Assembly: GCA_030141605.1 (NCBI GenBank) | Contig: JAQGDQ010000027.1 | Location: 1 to 64,000, forward strand | Direction: 5' to 3' | Length of the DNA: 64,000 nucleotides | Source: Tubiluchus corallicola | Lineage: Eukaryota > Animalia > Priapulida | Shown: piece after piece, positions 51,765-64,000 of the stretch | Numbering within the stretch: the stretch's first letter is position 1 | Layout: each line of letters begins with the position of its first letter | Translations under genes and position numbers: made by a program | The notes under the pieces: generated by a model | What the model was told of the DNA's origin: nothing | The model's database searches: none | Seen by the model: only the letters and a program-made list of their open reading frames with translations

Positions 51765-51975
51765 AAGGTTGGCTTTTCGGTCAACAATTATCATTAGCTT
51801 AAAGAGCTATTATCGCCAACTGTAAATAACAACCTACAACTACATAAATACCACGCGTCAGGCAGGGCAAAGCAGGTATCATTTTTAAAGTCTTTGGTAT
51901 ACCCAGCCGCTGGTTCGAACTCACAACCTCCCAGACGGAAAGCAGCCGCATTACCACTAGACTAAACCGTCTGGT
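51723..51975 (-). mobile_element. tRNA-derived SINE with (ATT)n tail
   Basis: Minus strand: A box TAGTCTAGTGG, B box GAGTTCGAACC, then ATACCAAAGACTTTAAAAATGATACCTGC (resembles the Meta-SINE central domain, from memory), ending in (ATT)n. Confidence 0.7.
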
Positions 51976-54900
51976 CTGAACGCGTAACTGTTAGGAAAAG
52001 CTGCTTCATACTTTATTGACGTGTTAGAAATAGCATTAAAGAATTTTATTATTAAATTGGTTGGGTAATTAAGCTATACAATATCTTAATAGCTTATTTA
52101 TTAATAGCTTAACATCTGACCAATTCGTTAAAGAACTAGAACGACGAGAAAGAATTAACATTGTGAATTTAGCTGTATCACTTTCTACTAATTAGATAGG
52201 CAGTACTTCTTGTATAACTCATAGTTGTATAGTAATTTAATAGCGGCGCACATGCGTTAATATTTAGGTCCGCCAACACAACGCCATATTGTCTGTAAAA
52301 ATAGGAATGACTTAGAAGCAGTATACATTGCCATATATAGACATCTATTTTTATAAGTATTGTAGAAATGATTACTGTAATAACATAGTCATGTGTGACA
52401 ATAAACTACTACTACTTGAAGAGTCCCATACTATAAACTTTGTTCGATTTTAGAAATATTGCACATTGTGTCACATAGCATAGGCAAAACATATCATCGA
52501 CAAAACTCTCACAAAACAATAACGTTATTTTGCCAAACTTTAATCATGTTCAAAAATATAGAAATGTTGATGTCTTAACAAGGAAATAATTTTGTTATAG
52601 TAGGATTTTGCCTACAGGCATTGGACACTGCTACATTCGTAGGTTGGAAAGTGTGCAATGTTATACATCGTTGACCTAATCTGACCTAATCTAACGAACA
52701 GTTTCTACGCGTCATAATGATTATTTGCGATGATAAATTATATTGCATCCGGCAAAGTAATTGTGCATACGTCCTTGTAGCACTGGTCTGAAGTTCCTTT
52801 TTCAGATTTTAATACAATGCACGTATTAGAGAATTCAGTAAACATTGAATAATGCACTTTATATGACAAAGATAAATAAAAGTTCATGTACATTTATTTA
52901 TTTTCGCACGGTTCGGCTCGCTGAAAGTCTGAACCTAGCGCTAAGTTATATAAGTGTCGGAAACTATTTATTGTACAGGTTGGTATGCATGTACCCTTGT
53001 CTAGCTAATTGTTAGCAGTAATCCTTTAAAGCACAAGAAAACACTCTTCACAAATAAAGCTTAAGAAATTTGTCTTGAAATTTTATATCACTTATGTGCT
53101 GTCTTATTACATATAGAGCTTGCGTTAGCAGCAACGCTGTATAAAACTTCGAAATTTAAACTCCCGCATGACCGTTATGCGCAGCCATTTTGATGGTAAG
53201 TCGTTTGGAACAAGTTTAGATAACATTGCGTGAATTTTGAAAAATAATGATATCATTCATAGCACACTCTTCGGTAACTAAATAAAAGTTTAAATTACTT
53301 TATATTATCAATAAGTTCAAAATGGGTTTTTGTGGGTCAGTGGTACTATTCTTCAATGCGAAAAACAGCTGGAGGCGTCCAGGTAGATGCAAGACTATTT
53401 ATTCCACATTCCGTATATAATCGACATCCTATTGCCGCCACCTAAAATAACCTTTACCTAAATGCAGAACAAAGAGATCCAAGAACAATTTTATCACGTA
53501 TGGTTTATTCAATTTTCAAACATAAGGTTTAACTCATTTTATTTAGTTAATGTATAGTGCAACAGTGTAATAGTACTTGTCGCTGTGTATTCTACCTTGC
53601 TTATTCTTTTAAATTTTTATATTTTTGTAGTTTTATACTGTGCATGTAAGTCAACATTGTGGTTGTAATGATAAATAAACTTATATATATTGTTTATTTA
53701 TTGTAATATAATGCCTGTACAGCATTGAATTTCAGATTTGTTTGCTGCTGCTTTAAAAACTCGCAAAAAGTGATTAAATCACAAGAGCGGTCCAAGCAGT
53801 GATGTACACATGTACACGCCTTAATATTAAACTACATAGACTCACTTTTAATTTTTTTGTATACAAATACGAAAAACAAAGCGACATAACGTCGTTATAA
53901 GGTTTTTAACACACTTAAATCCATTTATTCGTACGTCGTTGAACTTACGAATATGCTTTGTGATCGTACATATATAGGGCATTAGATATATTGTTGATAT
54001 ATTACTGCATGTACACTAGTATACCTCAAACATCATAGCAGCAGCAAGTAAATAAGCAGATTTTTATGAAGGCAACACATACACAACACAAAAAGGTTAA
54101 CATTTATGGTGTATATACATTATACACGACTTACATTCTAATTTTTGTTTATTTTCAAGAAATCACAACACCTGACTAGTTTACTAGCAATTAACGAAAC
54201 AAAGGTTTATTATAGGCCTACAAACTTGATTGCGCATAATAACATGGAAAAGGGTTAATTACAAGAACTGGAACAATTAATAAATACTCCACAGTAAGAT
54301 ACTGTAAAAAACGATGTTTCAGTATATACTGTTGTGTCTCTATTTACATGGAAGGAAAAAGACGAAAACCACAAAAACTCTTAAATTCTGCTATATTTCA
54401 CGAAGAATTGTGAACTCCAAAAAATTTTATTTGTCAATTTTTGTGTTTTTTCTTCTTTCGTCCTTCCATATTGAGACAATGAGATTAGCAGAATGTCTTC
54501 AGTTTTTATTGTAAGATTTACTTTTATCCTACAAATTTGAGCACAAATTAACACAGAAACTTGCTTTTAGTTTACAAATGTACGTCATCTGGGAATAAAT
54601 CCATTACTTGCAGCATTTAGTGAGCATTTTTAATGAGTAATCAGCTAAACAAAATTTTATTTATTATCTATAAATAAAGCTGCACATTAGTATCAAATAC
54701 ATTTTTATTAACACTCTTTAGCTAAATTATTTAATTAAGAACGTAACATTAGTAAAATTTGGTCACGCTAAACGTATAAGTATGTTATTAGCAACACATA
54801 AGAATTCAAAATCTGCATACGCTGTTGAATTTATTAATACTGTATTGAAGTAGATGAGAATTATCTGTGAAGTTTATTATTAACCATTTTCTACCTAGTA

Positions 54901-55228
54901 AAATTCGTAAAAAAGCTATATAACTTTATCACCGTAAATCGGGTCGCAATAAATTAAGTTAAAAAGTAAACTGTCAAAGGAATAACTACATCTTTAAAGA
55001 CTTTAAAACTAACTTAATAAATACTTTACAAACACAACCTACACTGGCCTTGAATCTGCACTTATTTAAAGTGTATACATGTATATATGCATTATAATTG
55101 AGTTAAACCTAGAAAATAAGCGCATGTTTCACCACAGTAAAGCCTTAAAACTCACAAATTCGGTATTCTTCGTGATGAGAAGTTAAATATGTAACGGTTG
55201 TAACATCTATTTTTTTAAATACGTGGTT

Positions 55229-56626
55229 TCACCTTGAAATTACCAAACTTGTGAGTATTAGGAGCACAAAAGACACAATGTTCATCTTGATATCATCCTG
55301 CCCACCTCCGACATTACCTGAAACAAAAACGTGAGTGTACATCTAAAAATATCAACGAAAATGTAAAAAGAATTGAAAGTACAGGGTACCTGTGTTTATT
55401 TACAAGCAAGACAATAGATTTTGTCTACCTACTGAAATCCAAAAGATATCATAACTGATGGTACCCACTCAATCTTTACTCCACAAAAGCCTCTTTCATA
55501 ATTCTTGATTTTAATTAGCACCTGCATGTTAGTTTTTCCAAACTCAATCAAAATACGGAAACCCAAAATAAAACACCAATATTTCAACTGATACACTCAT
55601 CAGCACTCCGAACAATCGCCACCTTGTTAGTTCTTAATGTCACTCCAATGAATCAGCAAGTATTGGAAGATTAACATATAAAATAATAAGGTCTTTGTAT
55701 CGTATGTATCGTTCTTACATATCATCTGACTTTTCGTTTTCCAGCCTACCTTTTTGATTGAAGATCAACTGTTGTTGTAATACTTGACAGATATGATGCG
55801 ACATTGGGTTTTTCTTGCTGAACAATGATAAATTCTATCTTATTCTTCTGACATGGGCTTACCATAGATGTCTTCAAACATGAGGTGTATGTACAAGTCT
55901 GCAATTCTACATAAAAATCTCAACTCAACAATCATTACCTTCCTCCGCTTTAGTTTCTTCTGGACTCTTTGGGGTACTTCGTAAGGTATTTTCACTACTT
56001 TGTGTGGCAGGTTCTATGACCTCGTTGTCATCTGGATCTTCATAGAGATCTACAATATCATCGATATCCCCAGTGTCCTTATTCGAACCACCTTTATCTG
56101 GTTTCTCCTTGGATGGATCTTTCGTGACAAGATCTTTCCCAGGAGCGTCATAACCGCCTTTTGCGGATGGCGTGTAGCAGTTTTGCTGATCAAGGGGTAA
56201 TTTTTCACAAATCGTTTTCTCATGCAGTGATGGTATGATGGTCCTGATGTGAGCAAATTCTTCCGGACAGTCAGATTGAACTTCCATGCAAAACTCTCTG
56301 CAAGGAACAAGTCCTTGTTTCGTGCCCGTACAGACGGGCAACATCTGAGCGCACAAAAATGTCCAGAAATGGGGAGAACAGACTTCTTTGTTTAGAAACA
56401 GGTCTATCTTTCTGAGCACGTTGTTAATGATCGTTTGATTTGTTTGACCCATGCTATTGGGTAATAAGGTTTTGTCAAATTGCAAGTTCTGACACTTTGC
56501 TGCAACAACGTCTTCGCATTGATCATCGACGGCACGAACTATACGCGGTGTTAACAACAAACTGAGCATAACAAGTGTTTGATACAACATTGTCCGAATT
56601 ACGCACAGATTTCGTGAACTAGCCAT
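55229..56626 (-). CDS. Frizzled-CRD-only surface protein A (signal peptide, FZ domain, acidic stalk, GPI-signal-like tail)
   Basis: Exon 56626-55939 has a hydrophobic leader and a 10-Cys FZ pattern (CEDVVAAKC..LPNSMGQTNQ..CSPHFWTFLCAQMLPVC..PCREFCMEVQSDC..CEKLP..C) and ends at G|gtaatg. Exon 55317-55229 (tttgtttcag) gives GNVGGGQDDIKMNIVSFVLLILTSLVISR*. Confidence 0.85.
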
Positions 56627-58494
56627 TTTCTAAACCTTATTCACGTTTAAGTGGGCCTATCATAAATTTGGGTTGAGTAAAAATTTCTCTTTCTGCTCTT
56701 CAGTTCTACCGTAGTTGCATGCGCCTGTTTTACACTGGCCTTACTGACAATACGCCTCACTTTCACAACGCTCAGATGACTAAACTATTACAAAGTCCAA
56801 CGCTCAAGATTCTATACTATTATTGGTGTTACGTGTGTTACAGGCGCGTCAGGTACATTGGAATGTGTGGACCATCCCACGTCTGGGTTGCTTTGCATGA
56901 CTGGTTAGAGCGGTGTAGGTATATACCAAACCACCTATCATTATCGTATATTTTACCTTTACTGACACTGTCCCTGTACGCTGGAGGGTTTAAACTGCTG
57001 TGCCAACAGCCAGTTTGACTGGAAAAACACATCTCATTTGTTCGCATTTAAAAACGCTTCACCTCAGTTCAATAGGGATTGACTGTCAGAACTCAAAAGG
57101 AGCTTTTTACAATATGTTTTCGCTGAAGAACCTCTTGTTTGCTTAGCTAATGTGCTAAGTGTGCATGTTTCACATTGCTTTGGCTCATTGTTAAACGAGA
57201 TACATGCTTTCTAGGAGTTTCAGTCTAAAATTACCCTGATTGATATTTGCTACTTCAAAACAATCAAACAGTTTGGCTCCTAAAAGTTGAGATGAATACG
57301 ATCCGTATGCTTTGTTTATCCTTGACAATTAAAGGTCACGCGTGTTTTTTTTTGCACGGACGTCTTAAATACAGCTTACCCATAGTCAGTAAGCCCAATT
57401 TCTTAGTCTTAGCAGCAACTTTTCAAACAAGTACACAAGCTTCTAGCATTATAACTTATACGTTGGTTATTGTTGAATTTGTGCAAAATGCTAGTCTTTT
57501 CATACGCATCATTTCATTAACTTGAGCCTATAAATTCTGATTCTCTTGCACTCTTCATATCATTTCTATCTTTTTTATGATCATTTGTTCACACGTCATT
57601 TGTGTCTTAACCTGTTCCACCATTTACTGCACCCCAGTCTCACAGGCCTTGCATCTCAACTATAATGTAAACAACTATTTATGATACCTAAATATACATA
57701 TAATTATTGAAATATTATTACAACACTGGTTCTAATTATTATAATTCACGAATATTTACTAATAACCCTTGCATTTTATTTTTTTTAATTTTTACTAATC
57801 CTTATATTTTATAATGTGTATAAGTTTTATGTAAATTGTTTTTTATGTAAATTTTATGTGTACATGTATTACGTGTGTTCAATGAGCTTTTGTTCGAAAT
57901 AAATTTTGCTTACTTATTTACTTGCTCTTTAGATTTTGTGGTGCTATATTTTGCTACAAATTTATCGTTGTATTGGTGAGGTCAGAATAATTAAAAAAAT
58001 AAATTATTATTCTATTCCTTTCTTTTGAGTCTGTTGTATTCCATTCCGTTTCATTCAGTCCTGCACCGCTCCACTTCGTCCACTCCGCTCCGTTTTGTTC
58101 CGTTCCGTTTCATTTTTTTCATTAACTTTCATTCCTTTCTATTCTATGCAAAAATTTACGCGTATCTCCACTTACTAAGCAAATTAAAGAAGGGCTTTCG
58201 CCTGTTTTTGTCCAAGAACAAAAGTTCGTTAACCTTAACACTTTGTTCACAAATAGCTCTCGCCTTATTGGGTATAATCACTATACATGTTTGAAGTGCT
58301 GTCTAATCCGTTGTAAAATAGATTAGACCCCATCAGTTGGAAATCGTGTGTGCAAATAAACTGAGAAGCAATCACTTTTTAATATAACAAAGAGTTAATG
58401 TTTAAAAAATTTCGTCGTAAGCGTAGTTGTTAAACTTAATAAGTTCACTAAAAAATGAAACAAACAATTGCAATGAAATATTTGTTAAAGTTAA

Positions 58495-58765
58495 AGGAGC
58501 GATATTTAATATCATACTTCATTTTGAAGCATGGTAAAAAAAGCATACATTTTAACACTTATAATAAAGACAAAGCATATTTGATAATTAAATAATAGGT
58601 TAAAAACTTAATTAATGGGGGGCGAGCCCAACTACTGATGACATCACAACTGAACATAATTTTCAACAGCACAAACATTCCATGAGCGTGTTACACGTTT
58701 TTGTGAACAGCAAAATTATAGTACAGTGTAACTGTACAACATTCAGTGTGATATAATTCAAATTG
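58495..58765 (+). mobile_element. Truncated Kolobok-like element, copy 4
   Basis: TTAA|AGG start and gatgacatcacaactgaacataattttcaacagc shared with about 1807-1840; right end missing. Confidence 0.6.
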
Positions 58766-58844
58766 CGTGCATTAGTCATTTTGTAGCATTAATTTAGCTT
58801 TAATATACCCATAAACAATTGGTTAGAAAAAGTTAAAAAATATG

Positions 58845-60525
58845 TCATTTAATTTTTATTGAAACATTTCTCAACGAAAGCAACGTCGCTAATGCGAATG
58901 TCCACAATGTTTGGATCTTTAATCTTCCAGCTGTATTTCCATCTAGAATAAAAAACATGTTAAGTGAAAATTTTCGATGTGTTGCAAAAATCTGCTCCTT
59001 AATTTTAAGCTGTATGCCAACAAACTCGGTAATATAGAGTAGCAGCAATAACAGAAATAGAAGTAGTCATATAATGACACTACTACTACTGCGTAGTAGG
59101 TTTGGTTAGCATAGAATGGAAAGGAATAAAATATAATAGAAATTTATTTTTACTTGGGTTCGTAGAACATAACCTTATTTTCATTACGGTCAAAATGTGG
59201 TTAGTGATGACTGAAAATAAATATATTATTATAAATGAAAAGTATTATAAAATAATGCGAGTTAAGAAAAGTATTATAAAATAAACACAACACATTGCGA
59301 TACATCTATAGTAAAATTAAGGAGTTATGGTACTTGTGTTTTAGACTAGAGTATTACATTATAAAAGGAAAATAGATATTTCCGTGTTGAACCTCATTGC
59401 ATTGGTAGTGAGATTTTGATTTTCAATTCAATTTCAATTTTATTCTAGTTTAGGCGTAAAAAGCGTCCACAAAGTTGGTTGCACGCAGCAAATGATAAAT
59501 GAGAGTTAAACCAACTAGGCCATGGCCTAAGGCCCGCACTGTGCTAATTCGACCTTACAAGTATGTAATTAACTTCTGTGCAAAGAGGCCTAATAAAGGA
59601 TTTTTGCATTAAAATCTCTGTGGCAATTAAAATTCTGTTTCAGGATTAAGATTCACTACTTTCCTGAGTTTTATCTGTTAACATTTTCAGCGTCTAATGC
59701 AAATTCAGTAACGCTTAGCAGTTATCAGGTTATGATCTAGAATTATCGAATTTAGGTTGAATATGGAATCGAAATTTAAGTTTGGTTTAATAATCGGAAT
59801 CTAATAATAGGGCGGAATGAATTTGACGAACTACTGCTTTTCCTGAGTTACTAAACTATCATTTTACCTCCTGAATGTGCATTGGCATCACCTGTCACTC
59901 CTGAAGCCAACGTGCTTGATGTTGATCCTTCTCCTCCTACCCCATCGCTGCTTGGCTTCTTTGAACTCGCTTTGTCATCTGGTTCAACCAAAATAGGTGG
60001 TTTGACGTCAGTTTCTTTACTCACGCCTGGAGCCGATTTTGTGGTGGTCGTTTTACCCATAGGCAGATCTTCCCCACCTGTATCACCTTTCTGTAGAGGA
60101 GAAGGAACCCAACAGTCGTCCTCCTTCAAAACAGAGCACGTGAAATTGACGTTAGGCAGAAATGTGTGGAATCCATTGAATACAGTGACACATTCATCAC
60201 GGAATTTCTGGCAGAGGCTCCTACAAGGTCGCTGGTTTATAGCTTTATTGTTCACACATACAGGGAGTATAAGAGAACACAAAAATGGCCACATGGCATC
60301 TGAAGTGCACTGGCTTGTAATCTGAGATGCATGCTGAATATTTTGTTTAACAATGTCTTGTATTTGCTGTCCTGTAGTAGTGTACATGTATCCAGCATTT
60401 TGACGACATTTCTCTATTATGACGGGATGACATGATTCGTCAGTTGTTTGGCTATTAATGCCAATGATGTTCACAAACAACACTATACAATATAGGCAAA
60501 CGTTTCTTGTTGATGATTCTGCCAT
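58845..60525 (-). CDS. Frizzled-CRD-only surface protein B (signal peptide, FZ domain, Ser/Thr/Gly stalk, GPI-signal-like tail)
   Basis: Exon 60525-59868 has leader MAESSTRNVCLYCIVLFVNIIGINS and a 10-Cys FZ domain (CHPVIIEKC..CTSDAMWPFLCSLILPVC..RPCRSLCQKFRDEC..CSVLKEDDC) and ends at G|gtaaaa. Exon 58942-58845 (ttttattctag) gives DGNTAGRLKIQTLWTFALATLLSLRNVSIKIK*. Confidence 0.82.
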
Positions 60526-62551
60526 CTTAGCTAAATGTGATAGTGGAACAGCAAATCTTCCCTGTCTACCTGGCCAGAGAAGTTATATGATTGCTCCAAG
60601 GTGATCATTGCACCACGCTGATGAGTTATCCAGGATATCCTGTTGGCATTGCGTCTTTGCAGCAGATGGATTCAACAGGAAGTACGTCGTATCCACGCAT
60701 ACGCATACATTTTCCTTTTAAAGGGAATTAGTTTATACTTCTCTGTTTGAAGTTTCATTGAAGGGTGTGCTTTAATAGCTACGTAAACAAGTCTGTAGCA
60801 TTAAGCAGAGGCTCAGTTTTCTGAAATGCCTTTATTAATTTAATTTATATTGATAGCAAACTTAATTTTATAGTAAATCTAAGTAAGTAAGTTTTTAATA
60901 AACATCTTCATAAACGTTTTAATAAACTAAAATAAGAGAAGGAAACTACTAAATGCAAGAATTTACCTTTAGCCAATTTTTATTTTGATTTTACTGCATA
61001 CAAAGTTTCACAGCAAATGAATTTTATTAAAATACAAGCATCTAAGTGAAACTATAGTAAATGAAACAACGCCTTTAATTTACAGCAGTGAAGAGAAAAT
61101 ACTTGTAGCACTTCATTTTTCAGAATATTGAAATAGGTAATTCCTATCTTTCCCAATTCCGGGACCCTTTAAATTTTATTCGACATCCAGTTTTCCCCAA
61201 ACTTATAGTAAGTCCTATATAGTGGTTACTATAGGTATAACTATTCTTTTAATTACATATTTATGTATCTTTTACTCTGATTTTAAAACAAACTACACTT
61301 TTTAATACATTATTTCGGAAAAGAACGTTCGAGTGGAGATGTTGAAAAAACCAGACCTGCTGGTTACTGTGAGTGCACGTCTTGTGAGTCAGGTAGAACA
61401 AAAATGGACGAAACTCATCAAAATTTAATAATTTTTTCACTTTGGTAAACTTTAAACTAAATGGGTATAGAGACGTTTTTTGACCAGTTAGACATCTCCT
61501 GCCGAAGTTCGTGAGCGATCGTTTTGCTTGGACTGTTTTGAATACTTGATTTTTAAATAAAAATCAGTAAATTTTAGAATGTTAACCTTTGAGCATGGCA
61601 TTGAGGGTATGGAGGGTGGGAGGAGATTATTTTACTTTTTGATTGGCAGTAACTCTCTGCCAGTACAGCATTTTTTGTTAATTATAGTTTAATTTAGAGA
61701 CAAGTACATAAATTATTCAGTGAGAATATGAATATTCTGAAGTTTATTAAAAGGCACAAAAAATTCTCATTAAAAATACACATTAGTCTGCTGGTAAACT
61801 AGAGAAATTTTTCTAGTAATTGGAAATGTTCGCGTGAAATGGTAAAATGTCACCGACTCTCCTTTACAGTGTGCACCACAGTTTGATTCACTACAAACGT
61901 ATATTTAATTTATTGACAAGGTATGGTAATTTATACGTTTAGTTAGTGACGTGCATGTGTGGCTACGAATGCTCTGATTATTTTTTCAAATTTTACGTAA
62001 TACTATCTAAACTTGTTTCAAACGGCCTGCCGTCAAAATGGCTGCGCCAAAAGGTCATAGCGGGAGTTGTTTTATACAGCGTTACTGCTATTACAAGCTC
62101 TATACTCAACAAGGCGGTATGCAGGTGATACAAAATTTCAAAACGAATTTCTTAGGTTCATGCAATTAAATGGTGGTCTTGTGCTTTAAGCATCACTGTG
62201 TACGGATAATCTTCATTAGTTTTAGAACTTTAGTCAAAGTAAAGTGAGAAATCCCCAAAAAGCAAACGGTTAATATATAAAAGCATGTACATACATAATT
62301 GATAATAGATACATATATAAGTAAGCTTTGTTTAGGTTAGGTTTAGATCAGCATTTTACCATATGACGTAGCGAAGAATTTAGAGAACAAAACTCAATAA
62401 GAAAGATTTCCCGAAGCCCTTCTACAAAGCTCTATTAACTTTTAACTCTAGCATACACATCCATTAATCAACTAGACAGATTCAATTAATTAATAGCAAG
62501 TATATAGTATTCAAATACTTCTCAGTTACAATGCTTGTTTTTGCTGGGGTT

Positions 62552-64000
62552 TCAAATCAAAATTTTTAAAATCCTCATTGAAGTTATCAACAATGCAATT
62601 ATCAAGTTCATGTGAGCATCGGGCATTCCAGATCCATTGGCACCTGTAAATTAAAAAAATAATATGAAGTGACACATCTCTGTGAGTAAAGTATTCAATA
62701 AGCCACTGAAGGATTAAGGCTGAACTACTTATTAGTTAAGAGCTCTGCCAATCAACCAGACAATGCTAACTAACAATATTTTTTAAAGTTAAAAATTTAA
62801 GTTTAAGAGCATATTTCAAAATTTAGAAAATTTTGACTATATATCGTAAAAATGATGACTGTTGAGGATTCGTTACTCATCCCAACGTAGTAACCACTTC
62901 GACCTGGGTTACCCATTATTTATAAAAGAGCAAGTTAACAAACTGGTTACTCGGAATGCATAAATTTGACGCCCAGACATTTCCAAATGCGAAAAACAAG
63001 CAAAGAAAGTACATGCTAAATTATTAGTATAGTTACAGAGTTTGAATTGAAAATGTATTCAATGTCATTAGAAATGAATTTAGTATTCTAAGTCTTTGTT
63101 TCTCGTTATGAACATCAGACCACATATATTAACAGTTCCAAGTTGTCCTATTTTCGTACCTGCTCAAAGTTTAAGAAATTAATTAGGTGGAACTTAAAAG
63201 AATTGCAATTTTTTGGAGCTTACAATGGCTTATGTCGATAGTCACCGCGTCATGGTAACTATGACGGTGATGTCAACAATGCTGATAATAATGATGGATG
63301 TCAACAACAACAATAAGATGTGAATAACAACGCAGTTTACAACACATAAGATGATGATAATTATGACGATGACGACGATGATGATGATGATGTTGATGAT
63401 AATGATGATAACGATGACCACGATGATGATGAAAATTGAATAGAATGTTCTGGAGCAACATACCTCCAGCATGTGCATGTGCTTCTGATTTTTCTTTCTT
63501 CTTCTTCTTCTTCTTCCGGTCCTTTCTTGTCGGTACTGACTTCTTGGGATGAGAGTCATGAGACACCACCGTGGTAACGTCTCCTTCTACAAGCTCGTGA
63601 TGCACATTTGCCTCACCTGGTGAATGTGGTGGTGGCGTCCAACAGTCAGATTCTGGAAGAATGTCGCATGATGGACGTGTGTCGAGCTCATATGCTAACT
63701 GAATCAGTAAAATAGGACATTCTCTTTGAAGCTGTTCACAAAGGCTCCTGCATGGCTTCTGGTCTGTGGGCTCGTTATTTTTGCACGGAGACAGAACAAA
63801 CGAGCACATGAATGGCCACATTGCATTGGAATGGCACTGATTCGTGTAGGTCTCTGCGTCGTCAAACAAAATACTGATGGCATCTTGGAATGCATGATTA
63901 GTGTTGTCATAGCCGACATGGAGGCATTCTTCCACTCGCAGGGGTCCACAGTAGCGCCCCGTTGCGAACAGAAGAGGATTTGATTCGTTAAGCGGCACCA
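62552..64000 (-). CDS. Frizzled-CRD surface protein C (5'-partial; FZ domain, His/Lys-rich stalk, GPI-signal-like tail)
   Basis: Open from the window end to donor G|gtatgt at 63464, with a 10-Cys FZ domain (CGPLRVEEC..CHSNAMWPFMCSFVLSPC..KPCRSLCEQLQREC..CDILPESDC). Exon 62643-62552 (tttaatttacag) gives GANGSGMPDAHMNLIIALLITSMRILKILI*. Confidence 0.82.

Noticed and set aside
51900-51975. tRNA gene
   Set aside because: It has A and B boxes but continues into a SINE body and (ATT)n tail, with no proper cloverleaf.
59882-60325. 147-aa plus-strand ORF (also 18189-18437, 27733-28020, 56000-56310, 63704-63983)
   Set aside because: Antisense or shifted-frame shadows of well-supported exons, with no independent motifs.
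55229-64000. Calling the CRD genes Frizzled receptors or sFRPs
   Set aside because: No 7TM/KTxxxW region or netrin-like domain is encoded nearby, and each CRD exon has its own short terminal exon.

Overview
AT-rich, intron-rich genomic DNA from an animal, not a prokaryote. It is probably an invertebrate, and an ascidian-like deuterostome is only my impression. From left to right: (1) a minus-strand exon for a Gly/Tyr/Met-rich repeat protein, apparently nested antisense in an intron of (2) a VEGFR/PVR-type receptor tyrosine kinase (17 exons traced, 4954-18543, 5' part outside the window); (3) a complete 19-exon RBM26/RBM27 gene (22556-37099) that hosts two SNORD58/U58-like box C/D snoRNAs and two tandem duplications that copy its own splice sites; (4) a repeat-rich intergenic stretch; (5) the most unusual part, a minus-strand tandem cluster of at least three two-exon genes. 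Each encodes a single Frizzled cysteine-rich domain plus stalk (after a signal peptide in the two complete genes), joined by a phase-1 intron to a small exon that looks like a GPI-anchor signal, with no 7TM or netrin domain. An orphan Thr-rich plus GPI-like exon pair lies downstream of the cluster. MITEs (Kolobok-like, Tc1/pogo-like, hAT-like), tRNA-derived SINEs and satellites are scattered throughout. All exon structures were inferred by eye from GT-AG sites and frame continuity; no database searches were run.
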